Under the pieces are notes generated by a model. That model saw only the letters and a list, made by a program, of their open reading frames with translations. It ran no database searches and was not told where the DNA came from. A DNA stretch of 64,000 nt from a virus. Below, one piece after another: positions 1 through 8,537 of the stretch. Numbering within the stretch: position 1 is the stretch's first letter; each line of letters starts with the position of its first letter. Made by a program: the position numbers and the translations under genes. The stretch is from the IMG/VR virus record IMGVR_UViG_3300002855_000209, positions 851 through 64,850 of that record, one strand, 5' to 3'.

Positions 1-1040
1 AATGACGCAATAATTGCACCAAAGCCATACTCAGAAGCCGTATTCATCACTGCTAAAAGTGAGCCGCCAATACTGGCATTAATGCCCTCTTTAAAATTCG
101 TCACGACACGTTGGTAATCAAACAAAATTGCAGTAATAATCCCGACAATGAGCGCAAGACCAACCGCCCAGATCGCACCAGTTTTTGCTACATCTACGGT
201 GTAGTCAGCTAAACCGACAGTGGCAAAATCAAAGCCATTTGGGTACCACTCTTTGATTGCTTTAGACAAATATTTATTCATTACTGCAACAAGAATAAGG
301 GGTACAAACGCTAAAAACTGACGAGCTGTACTTCCATTATTTTGCAGAGTCATTTCGGCTTCAATTTCTTGAGATGGCGTATCGTCTACACCAAACCCAG
401 AAAACCCTTCTCCAGCTTTTGCAGCAGCGCGACGACGCCATTCTAAGTAGCTCAAACCCATACATAGAACAAAAATAGCGCCGATAATTCCGAGGAATGG
501 TGCAGCATAAATATTGGTGCCAAAGAATGTAGTTGGAATTACGTTTTGAATTTGTGGCGTACCCGGCAATGCATCCATGGTAAATGTAAATGCACCAAGC
601 GCAATGGTTCCCGGAATTAAACGTTTTGGAATATTGGCTTGTCTAAATAGCTGGTTTGCAAATGGATAAATGGCAAATACAGCAACAAATAAACTTACTC
701 CACTGTAGGTCAAAATTGCACCTAAAAGTACAACGGTTAAAATTGCCTTTTTCGCCCCAATCCATCTTACAATGGTTCTAGCGATAGACTCAGCAATTCC
801 TGACATTTCAACAACTTTACCGAAAATTGCGCCAAGCAAGAATACAAGAAAGTAATCTTTAATAAAGTTCACCATTTTGGGCATAAAAACACCCGAATAA
901 AACGGTAAAACATTGGCCGGGTTTATCAGTAAAACTGCAAGTAAGGCACAAATTGGCGCCATAAGAATGACAGAAAAGCCCTTGTAAGCTGTATACATCA
1001 ACAGCCCAAGTGAAAGTAGAATTACAAATAATTCCCACAT
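1..1040 (-). CDS. GntP family permease (host gene, 3' part outside window)
   Basis: Manual translation from ATG at 1040: MWELFVILLSLGLLMYTAYKGFSVILMAPICALLA...FLLGAIFGKVVEMSG...ALPGTPQIQNVIP; multi-TM, GntP-like motifs; open to window edge. Confidence 0.85.
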   Translation of the reverse strand, partial: MWELFVILLSLGLLMYTAYKGFSVILMAPICALLAVLLINPANVLPFYSGVFMPKMVNFIKDYFLVFLLGAIFGKVVEMSGIAESIARTIVRWIGAKKAILTVVLLGAILTYSGVSLFVAVFAIYPFANQLFRQANIPKRLIPGTIALGAFTFTMDALPGTPQIQNVIPTTFFGTNIYAAPFLGIIGAIFVLCMGLSYLEWRRRAAAKAGEGFSGFGVDDTPSQEIEAEMTLQNNGSTARQFLAFVPLILVAVMNKYLSKAIKEWYPNGFDFATVGLADYTVDVAKTGAIWAVGLALIVGIITAILFDYQRVVTNFKEGINASIGGSLLAVMNTASEYGFGAIIAS

Positions 1041-1366
1041 ATATTCTTTCTCCATAAAGAATAAATATTTTCGAAATTCCATATCTATTTGATTAATTTT
1101 AAGTTTATTAGATTTATTCCGATTTTCTGCAAAATAAATGCAAAATTCCTGCAAAACAGTTAAATCTAATAATCATTTTACTGACATAAGTGACAACATC
1201 TATTTTGAAGCATTCTATAAAGATTTCTTTTTTAAGATGTTGTAATTTTCATGTAAATAACCATCTAGACATTACATCTATTGGAGTCATTTTTGTACTG
1301 ATATTTGAGAGGAATTACAAAAGCATAAAGATATTAATTTTCTAGTTTTTATATGCTCATTACATC

Positions 1367-1389
1367 AAAAAGCCCTCCGAAGAGAGCTT
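1367..1389 (-). terminator. Intrinsic terminator (UUCG-loop hairpin)
   Basis: Minus strand AAGCTCTC-TTCG-GAGGGCTT-TTT downstream of the antirepressor gene. Confidence 0.7.
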
Positions 1390-1394
1390 CTAAA

Positions 1395-1423
1395 GACGCG
1401 GGTTCAACTCCCGCCATCGCCAC
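1395..1423 (+). other. tmRNA (ssrA) 3'-end-like fragment, candidate prophage att site
   Basis: GACGCGGGTTCAACTCCCGCCA matches the gammaproteobacterial tmRNA T-arm; acceptor part degenerate (TCGCCAC); no full-length tmRNA upstream; lies at the host/phage junction. Confidence 0.7.
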
Positions 1424-1430
1424 TGAACTA

Positions 1431-2246
1431 TTAGTTTCTATTCAGCAAATGATAACGGTCCATTGGAGGTAAATGCCAAGGATGAGTATCTATACGTTTG
1501 TGTAGCTCAGCTCTCTTATCTTTCTCAATGAATGACCAAGCAACAAAGCCACCATCATTGAAATAGTCATGGATTGCTGCGGCCATATGCGGGTTAATAC
1601 CTCTTACCGCAGGTCCAAACTGTCTCCACCACCCGCTTAACCAAGCTAGGTATATCGCCATGGCTTTAACGTTGGTATCTAATCCAGTATTACTGTTTTT
1701 ATTGCTCATAAGAGCAATGAGGTGATGAACGTATTCAACCGCCACTGGAATCATGTCGTAAGGAATCTCTTCAATGTGATCCACATTGAACCGCTGATGA
1801 ATTAATTTCCATGCATCACTTGAGCTGAGATGCTTTGTTTTAGCTACAAGAAGAGCATGTGCATCATGTAAAGAGGTACGCTCGGATTTATGGGTTTTTG
1901 CAACTGATACACCCACTTCTTTATCAAGAATATCTAAAACCCATTTACGAAATTGTTTGGCGATTTTAGTTTTAGCAAAGAAACCAATTGCATGACAACC
2001 ACGAGTATTAAAAACCCTAACCTCTTTTGCTGAGTTACCATTGCCAAACCCCTTGACACTCAAATTGAGGGTCAAGGTCATATTGCTATTAAACTCATCT
2101 TTGTTACGTTCATAAATCTGAGTTACTGCATCAGTTTTTGCATATCCAAGTGCTTTAGCTAACTCGCTTGCTGTCAGCCAGATTTGCTGATTGTGTTGAA
2201 TAGGTTGCAAATTTACATCGTTAAAGCTTAATGCTAAACTAGCCAT
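1431..2246 (-). CDS. Phage antirepressor (BRO-N-like N-terminus, P22 Ant-like C-terminus)
   Basis: N-terminal IWLTASELAKALGY motif; downstream of an Arc-family gene; C-half homologous to 42647-43507. Confidence 0.8.
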   Translation of the reverse strand: MASLALSFNDVNLQPIQHNQQIWLTASELAKALGYAKTDAVTQIYERNKDEFNSNMTLTLNLSVKGFGNGNSAKEVRVFNTRGCHAIGFFAKTKIAKQFRKWVLDILDKEVGVSVAKTHKSERTSLHDAHALLVAKTKHLSSSDAWKLIHQRFNVDHIEEIPYDMIPVAVEYVHHLIALMSNKNSNTGLDTNVKAMAIYLAWLSGWWRQFGPAVRGINPHMAAAIHDYFNDGGFVAWSFIEKDKRAELHKRIDTHPWHLPPMDRYHLLNRN

Positions 2247-2275
2247 AGTTCATATCTCACTGTTATGACTACATC

Positions 2276-2308
2276 AAAGCCCCATCCGCCAAGACTGTGG
2301 GCTTTTTT
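2276..2308 (-). promoter_or_regulatory. Hairpin/attenuator with TTGGCG loop in antirepressor leader
   Basis: Minus strand AAAGCCCACAGTC-TTGGCG-GATGGGGCTTT between arc and ant. Confidence 0.5.
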
Positions 2309-2322
2309 GTTGCCTATTGATT

Positions 2323-2475
2323 TCATGCTTTTACATTCTCTTGTTTAAGAAACTGTTCAACAGCCTTATTAATTAAATAATTCATTGAACGCTCTTCTTT
2401 TACCGCATCCTCTTTTAAACGCTTATGCATTTCAGGTGGAATACGAATTGCTACTTGTGTATCTGTACGTGCCAT
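2323..2475 (-). CDS. Arc-family ribbon-helix-helix repressor (50 aa, missing from ORF track)
   Basis: Manual translation MARTDTQVAIRIPPEMHKRLKEDAVKEERSMNYLINKAVEQFLKQENVKA; RHH pattern; divergent from a second RHH gene. Confidence 0.85.
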   Translation of the reverse strand: MARTDTQVAIRIPPEMHKRLKEDAVKEERSMNYLINKAVEQFLKQENVKA

Positions 2476-2490
2476 TCTCTTGCCTCTAAA

Positions 2491-2549
2491 TAAAGCACCG
2501 TGATCACATTAAAGCATAGTGCTTTATTGATGTAAAGCACAGTGATGCA
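2491..2549. promoter_or_regulatory. Three tandem ~17-bp operator-like sites between divergent RHH genes
   Basis: TAAAGCACCGTGATCAC (2491), perfect inverted repeat TAAAGCA-TAG-TGCTTTA (2510), TAAAGCACAGTGATGCA (2533). Confidence 0.65.
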
Positions 2550-2584
2550 ATACTATTTAATATATATTAGATAGTGGATTTCCC

Positions 2585-2950
2585 ATGGCACGTAATGACC
2601 CACAAATGAATCTTCGTGTTCCAATGGAACTTAAAGAAAAGATAGAAACTGCTGCTCTAAACAGTGGTAGAACAATTACAGCAGAAGCTGTAATTCGCTT
2701 AGAACAAAGCTTTGAACCCGATTTTTTTAGAATAACGAAGTTTAATGATCTAAAAGAACCAGCAGCTTCGATCGAAATCGGAGCTATAACAATTGGCTTG
2801 TATGAATCTCAATATAAAGAAATTGAACTCTTTCAAATGGGTATTAATTCTTGGATACTAAGTTATCATGCAGTCAGATGTTATCTTAGAGATAAGAGTG
2901 CCCAGCAGCTTATTGAATTGGGTTGTACTAACACTGGATCAAGAATCTAG
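2585..2950 (+). CDS. Arc/Mnt-family DNA-binding protein
   Basis: MARNDPQMNLRVPMELKEKIETAALNSGRTITAE is a typical Arc-like RHH N-terminus. Confidence 0.85.
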   Translation: MARNDPQMNLRVPMELKEKIETAALNSGRTITAEAVIRLEQSFEPDFFRITKFNDLKEPAASIEIGAITIGLYESQYKEIELFQMGINSWILSYHAVRCYLRDKSAQQLIELGCTNTGSRI

Positions 2951-2953
2951 ATT

Positions 2954-2977
2954 AAAAAAGCACCTTAAGGTGCTTTT
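2954..2977. terminator. Bidirectional intrinsic terminator
   Basis: AAAAAAGCACC-TTAA-GGTGCTTTT between convergent genes. Confidence 0.7.
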
Positions 2978-3956
2978 ATTTTTGTGGCAAATATTCATGT
3001 TGCCATAAAGGTTTTCTTTGGGCTTTTAGTACTCGCATAGGTACACAAGAGTATTCTTCTAACACCATTCTAAACTCAGTTTGATTGACTGGATACGAGC
3101 TAAAAATACTCAATCCAGGACCTATTGAACAAACGTACTTATCAAAACTAATGAAACGTTCATGAGAGAGTGATTTAAAGTATGTATCTGTCTTTGATAT
3201 CAAATTAATTTTGTTGAAACTTCTAGAAAGATTTGAGTTAGCTATATCTGAGAAAATTAAATCAATACCAAAATGTTCATCACTATTTTTTTCACCACCC
3301 GCAGATATAAAAGTTAAATTAAATCTTTTTTTGTATTTCAATAAAAAATTTAAAAAAACAACAACACTTGTCACTAATTTTTTCCCTGAATCCTCTCTTA
3401 AGTTTTGAAAAAAATATCGATCTAATAGAACAATATCTTTCGTATATTTTGCTAAATAATGAAATTTACTTTCCCATATTTTTTCATTATCAGTATCTTT
3501 CATAATATCTGTATTACATTCCAGCTCTGATTTTATAAAATTTTCAGAAATACTTTGGTCATCTATATCCAATATTTCAAAATTTGTCTTATTACAGAAA
3601 CTTATATAGTTAGGTAAACATTTAATCCATTCATTTGTGGTATCTTCTGTTATACCAGTTTTAAAATGCTTATGAAGATTTAACAATTCCTTATAATCTT
3701 TATAATCACAGAAATTTTTCCAATTATTTTTTGATTTAATACTAATATTTTCCTCAAAAGATTCTTTCCAATTTTGATAAACTTCAGGCGGAATTTTATT
3801 TCTTAACTGTTTAAGAATTTCGTCAACATCTTGATTTTCCCCAAGAATCAATACACCATATTTTTTCCATAATTTCAAAAACTCTCTATTTGTCGTCTTT
3901 GTCTTTAATGCATCTGATTCAAAGAAAGATTTATCTAAGGCAAATTCAGTTAACAT
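2976..3956 (-). CDS. Hypothetical protein with C-terminal PLD-like (MIT_C-type) nuclease motifs
   Basis: IVLLDRYFF and HERFISFDKYVCSIGPGLSIF resemble the DPY...HDRxIxxxxGxxxxIGRGL pattern. Confidence 0.5.
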   Translation of the reverse strand: MLTEFALDKSFFESDALKTKTTNREFLKLWKKYGVLILGENQDVDEILKQLRNKIPPEVYQNWKESFEENISIKSKNNWKNFCDYKDYKELLNLHKHFKTGITEDTTNEWIKCLPNYISFCNKTNFEILDIDDQSISENFIKSELECNTDIMKDTDNEKIWESKFHYLAKYTKDIVLLDRYFFQNLREDSGKKLVTSVVVFLNFLLKYKKRFNLTFISAGGEKNSDEHFGIDLIFSDIANSNLSRSFNKINLISKTDTYFKSLSHERFISFDKYVCSIGPGLSIFSSYPVNQTEFRMVLEEYSCVPMRVLKAQRKPLWQHEYLPQK

Positions 3957-3967
3957 ACCACTATCTC

Positions 3968-5374
3968 TTATCTTCTTTCTTTAATACGTTCTTCAAAAAA
4001 ACCTTCAGGCCAAAAATCCATAAAGTCACCATCTTCATCTAGGCGAATTTGAACTACTTCAGCTCCCATCTGCTCTTCTTCTTTATTACTAGGAATTACA
4101 TATAAAATTGATATATCTTCGGGTTTTAATTTTTTTCCATTAATGAGTTTTTTACTTCGAATTAGCTTTTGAATTCTCAACATTAAAGCTTCACTATGTG
4201 TTTCAATAATCCACTGATTATTATTGCAAGTTTCGGCAAAAAACTCAGCTAATTCAGCTTGAAGTTTTGGATGCAAATGAATTTCAGGTTGTTCAACACA
4301 GATTATTGATTCTTTTCTAACAATACCCTCAACTAGAATAGGTAAAATTTGTCCTATACCAAATCCAACATCAAGTGGAGAAACAGATACATTATTTCTT
4401 AAATCTACTAACTCAATTTGAATTAATGGTTCTGAATGTTTAGTACCAACTGGTTTTGGTGTAAATTCATATGGAATATTAAATTTCTTAAACCACTCAT
4501 TAATAAATTTTGATAAATTTTCATTATCACTTTTTAAGAAGTATGCAATATTTTCTCCTTCTTTACCTACGGAAACTTCGAACTCGCTATCAACAGAATA
4601 ATAACGTTTTGGATTACTCCTCAGCGGTCCTAAATAAGATATTTTTTTTAATTCTTTTTGAATAAAATTTGAATTACTTCGGATTTTTTCATTTAGAAAA
4701 TTGTGTATTTTAAACAAATCTTTATGAAAATTCTCTTTCTCAAGTTGTTCCCATACTTGCAAGTGCTTTCGGCCATCGACAGTTATTCGTTTAGGAATAG
4801 AAAATTCTTCTTCAGCCTCATATAAATAAACTCCCATTATTTTACTTATATATTCTTTTGGTAGATTATTTTTATTTAAAGGTAATTTAAAAGTTTTAGG
4901 TATTTCTAAGTCAAAACTCTTAGTAGAGGTTTCATCTCTACTATTGAATTTATTTTTAAAATTATATCCAAAGGAATCTCTCCGATTCTTATCCTCAAAT
5001 TCAATATTTTTTAAATAGGAAAAACCTTGCTTATCGTTATCATCATATGAATAAACAAAACTAGAATTCAATCTTTCAGATGAGCTTACTCGTCCTGTTC
5101 TATTTATAAAGTTTAAACTAAAAGAAATATCTTTTGTAATATCATGTGAGTAGACCATTGTAGAATAACTTCCTACATCTAAAATTTTTTTATCAGAGTA
5201 AATACCACTTTTTAAGTTAGAAAATAAAATAGATTGTTTTAGAACCATTAAAGCATGAATAATAGAGCTTTTACCTGATGAGTTTGCCCCATAAATTAAT
5301 GTAATTGGAGCTAAATCTATTTTTTGCAAATCAGCAAAAGCTTTAAAATTCTCAATACCTATTTGTTTTAACAT
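3968..5374 (-). CDS. ABC/AAA_15-21 ATPase with DUF3696-like C-terminus (OLD/Menshen NsnB-like)
   Basis: Walker A GANSSGKS; signature DVGFGIGQ; Walker B/D-loop VEQPEIHLHP; H-loop IETHSE; C-terminal LDEDGDFMDFWPEGFF. Confidence 0.85.
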   Translation of the reverse strand: MLKQIGIENFKAFADLQKIDLAPITLIYGANSSGKSSIIHALMVLKQSILFSNLKSGIYSDKKILDVGSYSTMVYSHDITKDISFSLNFINRTGRVSSSERLNSSFVYSYDDNDKQGFSYLKNIEFEDKNRRDSFGYNFKNKFNSRDETSTKSFDLEIPKTFKLPLNKNNLPKEYISKIMGVYLYEAEEEFSIPKRITVDGRKHLQVWEQLEKENFHKDLFKIHNFLNEKIRSNSNFIQKELKKISYLGPLRSNPKRYYSVDSEFEVSVGKEGENIAYFLKSDNENLSKFINEWFKKFNIPYEFTPKPVGTKHSEPLIQIELVDLRNNVSVSPLDVGFGIGQILPILVEGIVRKESIICVEQPEIHLHPKLQAELAEFFAETCNNNQWIIETHSEALMLRIQKLIRSKKLINGKKLKPEDISILYVIPSNKEEEQMGAEVVQIRLDEDGDFMDFWPEGFFEERIKERR

Positions 5375-5418
5375 GTAAGTTACCTAAAGTCTTAATATTA
5401 GCTTTATAAAATTCTTAA

Positions 5419-5916
5419 TTACTGAATTTGATTATTTTCTGAAAATACTAATTTAGTCATTTCATTTAAATAACTACAATCAGCATAATCAAAAACCGAA
5501 ATTGATAAGTTTAATGCATCAATAATATTTCTAATCCCTTTATCATATGTCACGATCATTTTTGCATTGTTTGCCAGTGCAATACCCAAAATCTGAATAT
5601 CCACCTTTACTTTCTGGTGAGGATTTTGAGATTTTTGATTCTTAGGAAGCTTTTTATAATCTTTATAGATACGTGCAGATATTAAAGCTGATTTAGCATC
5701 AAAATCTAGATTCTTAAATTTAGAATTTGGGCTTAAGAGCATGCTACTTCTAGATTCATTTTCATCGCCAGCAATGAACTCCGCTATTACTGGCATGGGT
5801 AAAGCAAGTGTCAAGCGTTCACATTGCTTAAGATAAGCAACCAGATTTAAATACTCAGCACTAGCCTTGTCAGCCGTCAATAATGTTATTAACGCATTAG
5901 TATCCAAGATGATCAA
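5419..5916 (-). CDS. PIN-domain ribonuclease
   Basis: Acidic quartet IILDTN, PVIAEF, KVDIQI, TYDKG; likely TTG start at 5916 overlapping upstream stop (TTGA) with AAGGAG RBS; track start is 5937. Confidence 0.8.
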   Translation of the reverse strand: MIILDTNALITLLTADKASAEYLNLVAYLKQCERLTLALPMPVIAEFIAGDENESRSSMLLSPNSKFKNLDFDAKSALISARIYKDYKKLPKNQKSQNPHQKVKVDIQILGIALANNAKMIVTYDKGIRNIIDALNLSISVFDYADCSYLNEMTKLVFSENNQIQ

Positions 5917-6731
5917 TCCTGACGCTCCTTCAGCCACTCGGCAATAGGATCATCAAATTTAGTCCAATTGGATGCCCCCTGCGCTCTAAAACTATCAATC
6001 CATTGATCAAGGCCAATATCTTCAATCACAATAAATTTAGTAATCGAGTATTTCTTGAGTTTTAATTGATAAGTGTTAGTTTTCGATGAATATGATGCTA
6101 TGCCTTCAAATCTTAGACATTTGTTAGTATTAAAGTAGGGATGTAATTCTTCTAATAATTTATGAGAACATTCTGCTGGGACTTCATCACCGTTATTTAA
6201 AATAATAGTGATGTGATCTGACTTATCTTTACCTTTTTGCAGTCGAGTTAAGTACCCATCTATTGATTCGTCTTGAGTGAAACTCTCTTCATAATCAAGT
6301 TCGGGAACAGAATACAAAATTTGAGATGGTTGGTATGGTTGCCCTTCTTTCAAATGTCCATTCGAAATTTCAGCATTGTGAAAACCATACTTACTTAATT
6401 CTTTCTGTATACGAGTAACTTGTTTCCTCTTTAATGCTGTGTCCTTAAGGACATTAGCCATAGCAATATTTTTGCAATCTTGAGGAACTGTTACTGCTAT
6501 AGTTGTCGAACCTTCTTTAATTGTTTTGAAACTAGCTTGTTTAACACCAACGATTTGACCTAGTGCAGATAATAAATTTGCAACACTCGAAATTTCTAGA
6601 TCATGAAGATGTCCGTCATGGATTTTTAAGACGAAATCAAGATTATCCTCGAGTTCTTGATGAACTGATGAATCCTCGAGATCAAGTCTATCCTGAGTAG
6701 GCTTTCTACCCTTTTTATCCAATTTTGTCAT
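5913..6731 (-). CDS. Hypothetical protein, partner of PIN gene (putative antitoxin-like)
   Basis: 272-aa ORF translationally coupled to the PIN gene; no catalytic motif recognised. Confidence 0.65.
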   Translation of the reverse strand: MTKLDKKGRKPTQDRLDLEDSSVHQELEDNLDFVLKIHDGHLHDLEISSVANLLSALGQIVGVKQASFKTIKEGSTTIAVTVPQDCKNIAMANVLKDTALKRKQVTRIQKELSKYGFHNAEISNGHLKEGQPYQPSQILYSVPELDYEESFTQDESIDGYLTRLQKGKDKSDHITIILNNGDEVPAECSHKLLEELHPYFNTNKCLRFEGIASYSSKTNTYQLKLKKYSITKFIVIEDIGLDQWIDSFRAQGASNWTKFDDPIAEWLKERQD

Positions 6732-6900
6732 TTTCGGCTATCTAAAAAAACCTTGCTTATAGTATGTTCAAAGTAATAAACAAATGAAAGCAAACTTACT
6801 AAATTAACTATTCCTCGTTTTATGACTAATATAATGATTTGTCAACCAAAATATTTGACTATTTCAAAGGTTTGTCAACTAACAACCTTAGCCCAATATA

Positions 6901-7101
6901 TCACTTACTTCTAGGGTCATTAGACGTAAATCGGCACTTATCTTTTTGAGGATCCCATGCACCTCCTGAATCAGCACAAGCATCTTTCATAGCAGCATTA
7001 TCAAAAAATTTATTTGAGATCAGTCCGGTTACGCCCAGTAATAGAACAAACATTAAAAGGATGATAATAAACCATTTCAATATTTTTTTAATGGTATACA
7101 T
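6901..7101 (-). CDS. Small membrane protein
   Basis: One N-terminal hydrophobic helix; C-terminal Cys pair (CADSGGAWD...C). Confidence 0.55.
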   Translation of the reverse strand: MYTIKKILKWFIIILLMFVLLLGVTGLISNKFFDNAAMKDACADSGGAWDPQKDKCRFTSNDPRSK

Positions 7102-7147
7102 TTCTTAAGCACCTTTAATTTATTCTTAGTAAAACGCCCTTAAAAAT

Positions 7148-7453
7148 TTAAAACAATGCGACAATTAAAAAACCAAATTCTACCAAAACAAAAAGAAGAA
7201 GAAGAGTCACCCTTGCGTACATAAGAAGGTCGTCACTATCTTCTTTAACTTCAGGAATAAGTGGAAATCTATAATTTTTTAATAATAGAAAAATATTTAA
7301 ATAGCCACAAACAGCTCCAATTGCAAAATCAATTTCAAGTACCCCTTTAAAAAAGATAGCCATCATAAAGGCTACAACAATTAAGCCCAGAGTTAATAAA
7401 ACATATCTTTTTATCAAGGAGTTATATATAAAGAATGTTTTCATTTTTAGCAA
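7148..7453 (-). CDS. Small multi-TM membrane protein
   Basis: Three hydrophobic stretches in 101 aa. Confidence 0.55.
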   Translation of the reverse strand: MLKMKTFFIYNSLIKRYVLLTLGLIVVAFMMAIFFKGVLEIDFAIGAVCGYLNIFLLLKNYRFPLIPEVKEDSDDLLMYARVTLLLLFVLVEFGFLIVALF

Positions 7454-7585
7454 CCATCCCCATGAATTTACTCAAATAAATATTTAATTTCTACAGAGAG
7501 TGACATAGGATCACACCCTTTTCCATAGTTCTAAATATTATAATTATTTATATATTCCGAGCATTTTTCGCACAAATAAAAAGTT

Positions 7586-7660
7586 TTATACAGATATCAC
7601 ATTAACATTATTATTGATCATATGAGCAGTGCATCCTGATAAATAAAACTATACAGCACT
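7586..7660 (-). pseudogene. Relic copy 3 of lysis-linked micro-lipoprotein gene
   Basis: Minus frame reads LSGCTAHMINNNVNVISV*, homologous to 12046-12141 and 14046-14143; no intact start. Confidence 0.6.
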
Positions 7661-7715
7661 GTCTACCCCTCTTTGCTATCATTTCTGCACTTCACGAAAA
7701 TAAGAAGGAATAGTT

Positions 7716-8531
7716 TTGGCAACCCCATATATAACTATTGGCTGCCCCACCACTGGCGGTGGTCAAGTAATTTCTGGGAACAGTATGTTTCTAGTCGACG
7801 GAATTCCTGTTGCGTGTGTCGGTGATAAAGCTACATGCCCAACTCATAAAGTTGTCGCCACTATTGTATCGGGCGATCCGTGCATGCAAATCTTTGGTAA
7901 AGCTGCTGCTCGAGTAAATGATTCACTCTCTTGTGGTTGTAAATTACTGCCTCAACAAAACTTAGTTGTGCAAGACAACGGCGGTAGCGCTGTATCATCT
8001 ACTAAATCTTCTTCAACTTCAATGTCACAAAAACAGCAGTCTACTGATAGTTTTAGAGAAGATAAATATGAAAACTATTACATTGAACAGTATAAAACTG
8101 ATGTCTACATTAGCCATAAAGCTGTTCTTTTAGGTGATGAAGGTGTAACACCTTTGGATGGAGCTGTGAGCTATTTTCTAAACTACAAAGTTCAAGGTAA
8201 GGAATTATTTTTAAGTGTAGTTATTAATGCAGCTCCATTGAGCCACAAGGGAACTGTTTACCCTTTTGGGACCGCAATTGTTTCACGGGAAGGTAAAGAG
8301 ATTGCCAGAACCAAGTTGAAAAGCGATCAAGGATATTGGCCAACAGATAAAAATAAGGCCCCTTTGGGAAGTTGCACTATCAAGTTGCCAGAACCAAATT
8401 TACAGCTTGTTGATGTAGAGCTTGAACTAGGATATACCGCAGTTATTTCAGATACAGTAGGTTCTGTGCATCCAATGCCCCCTATTAAAAAATATAAGTT
8501 CTCCTTAAATTCTGCGGCTCGCAAGGTATAA
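7716..8531 (+). CDS. PAAR-domain protein with C-terminal extension
   Basis: YITIGCPTTGGGQV...VACVGDKATCPTH...AAARVNDSLSCGCKL PAAR pattern; Ser-rich linker; ~170-aa extension; TTG start. Confidence 0.85.
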   Translation: MATPYITIGCPTTGGGQVISGNSMFLVDGIPVACVGDKATCPTHKVVATIVSGDPCMQIFGKAAARVNDSLSCGCKLLPQQNLVVQDNGGSAVSSTKSSSTSMSQKQQSTDSFREDKYENYYIEQYKTDVYISHKAVLLGDEGVTPLDGAVSYFLNYKVQGKELFLSVVINAAPLSHKGTVYPFGTAIVSREGKEIARTKLKSDQGYWPTDKNKAPLGSCTIKLPEPNLQLVDVELELGYTAVISDTVGSVHPMPPIKKYKFSLNSAARKV

Positions 8532-8537
8532 AAAGTT

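Noticed and set aside
1120-1160. Sigma-54-like promoter for the permease (TTGCAGGAATTTTGC on minus strand)
   Set aside because: The essential GG at -24 is missing.
1041-1394. Possible full-length tmRNA or tRNA gene upstream of the T-arm fragment
   Set aside because: Sequence is AT-rich with no GGGG 5' acceptor strand, tag reading frame or cloverleaf; only the 3' fragment is present.
6825-6880. Tandem TTGACAAA-N11-TAGTCA elements upstream of the four-gene operon
   Set aside because: Plausible promoter or operator, but -10 matches are weak and cannot be resolved without TSS data.
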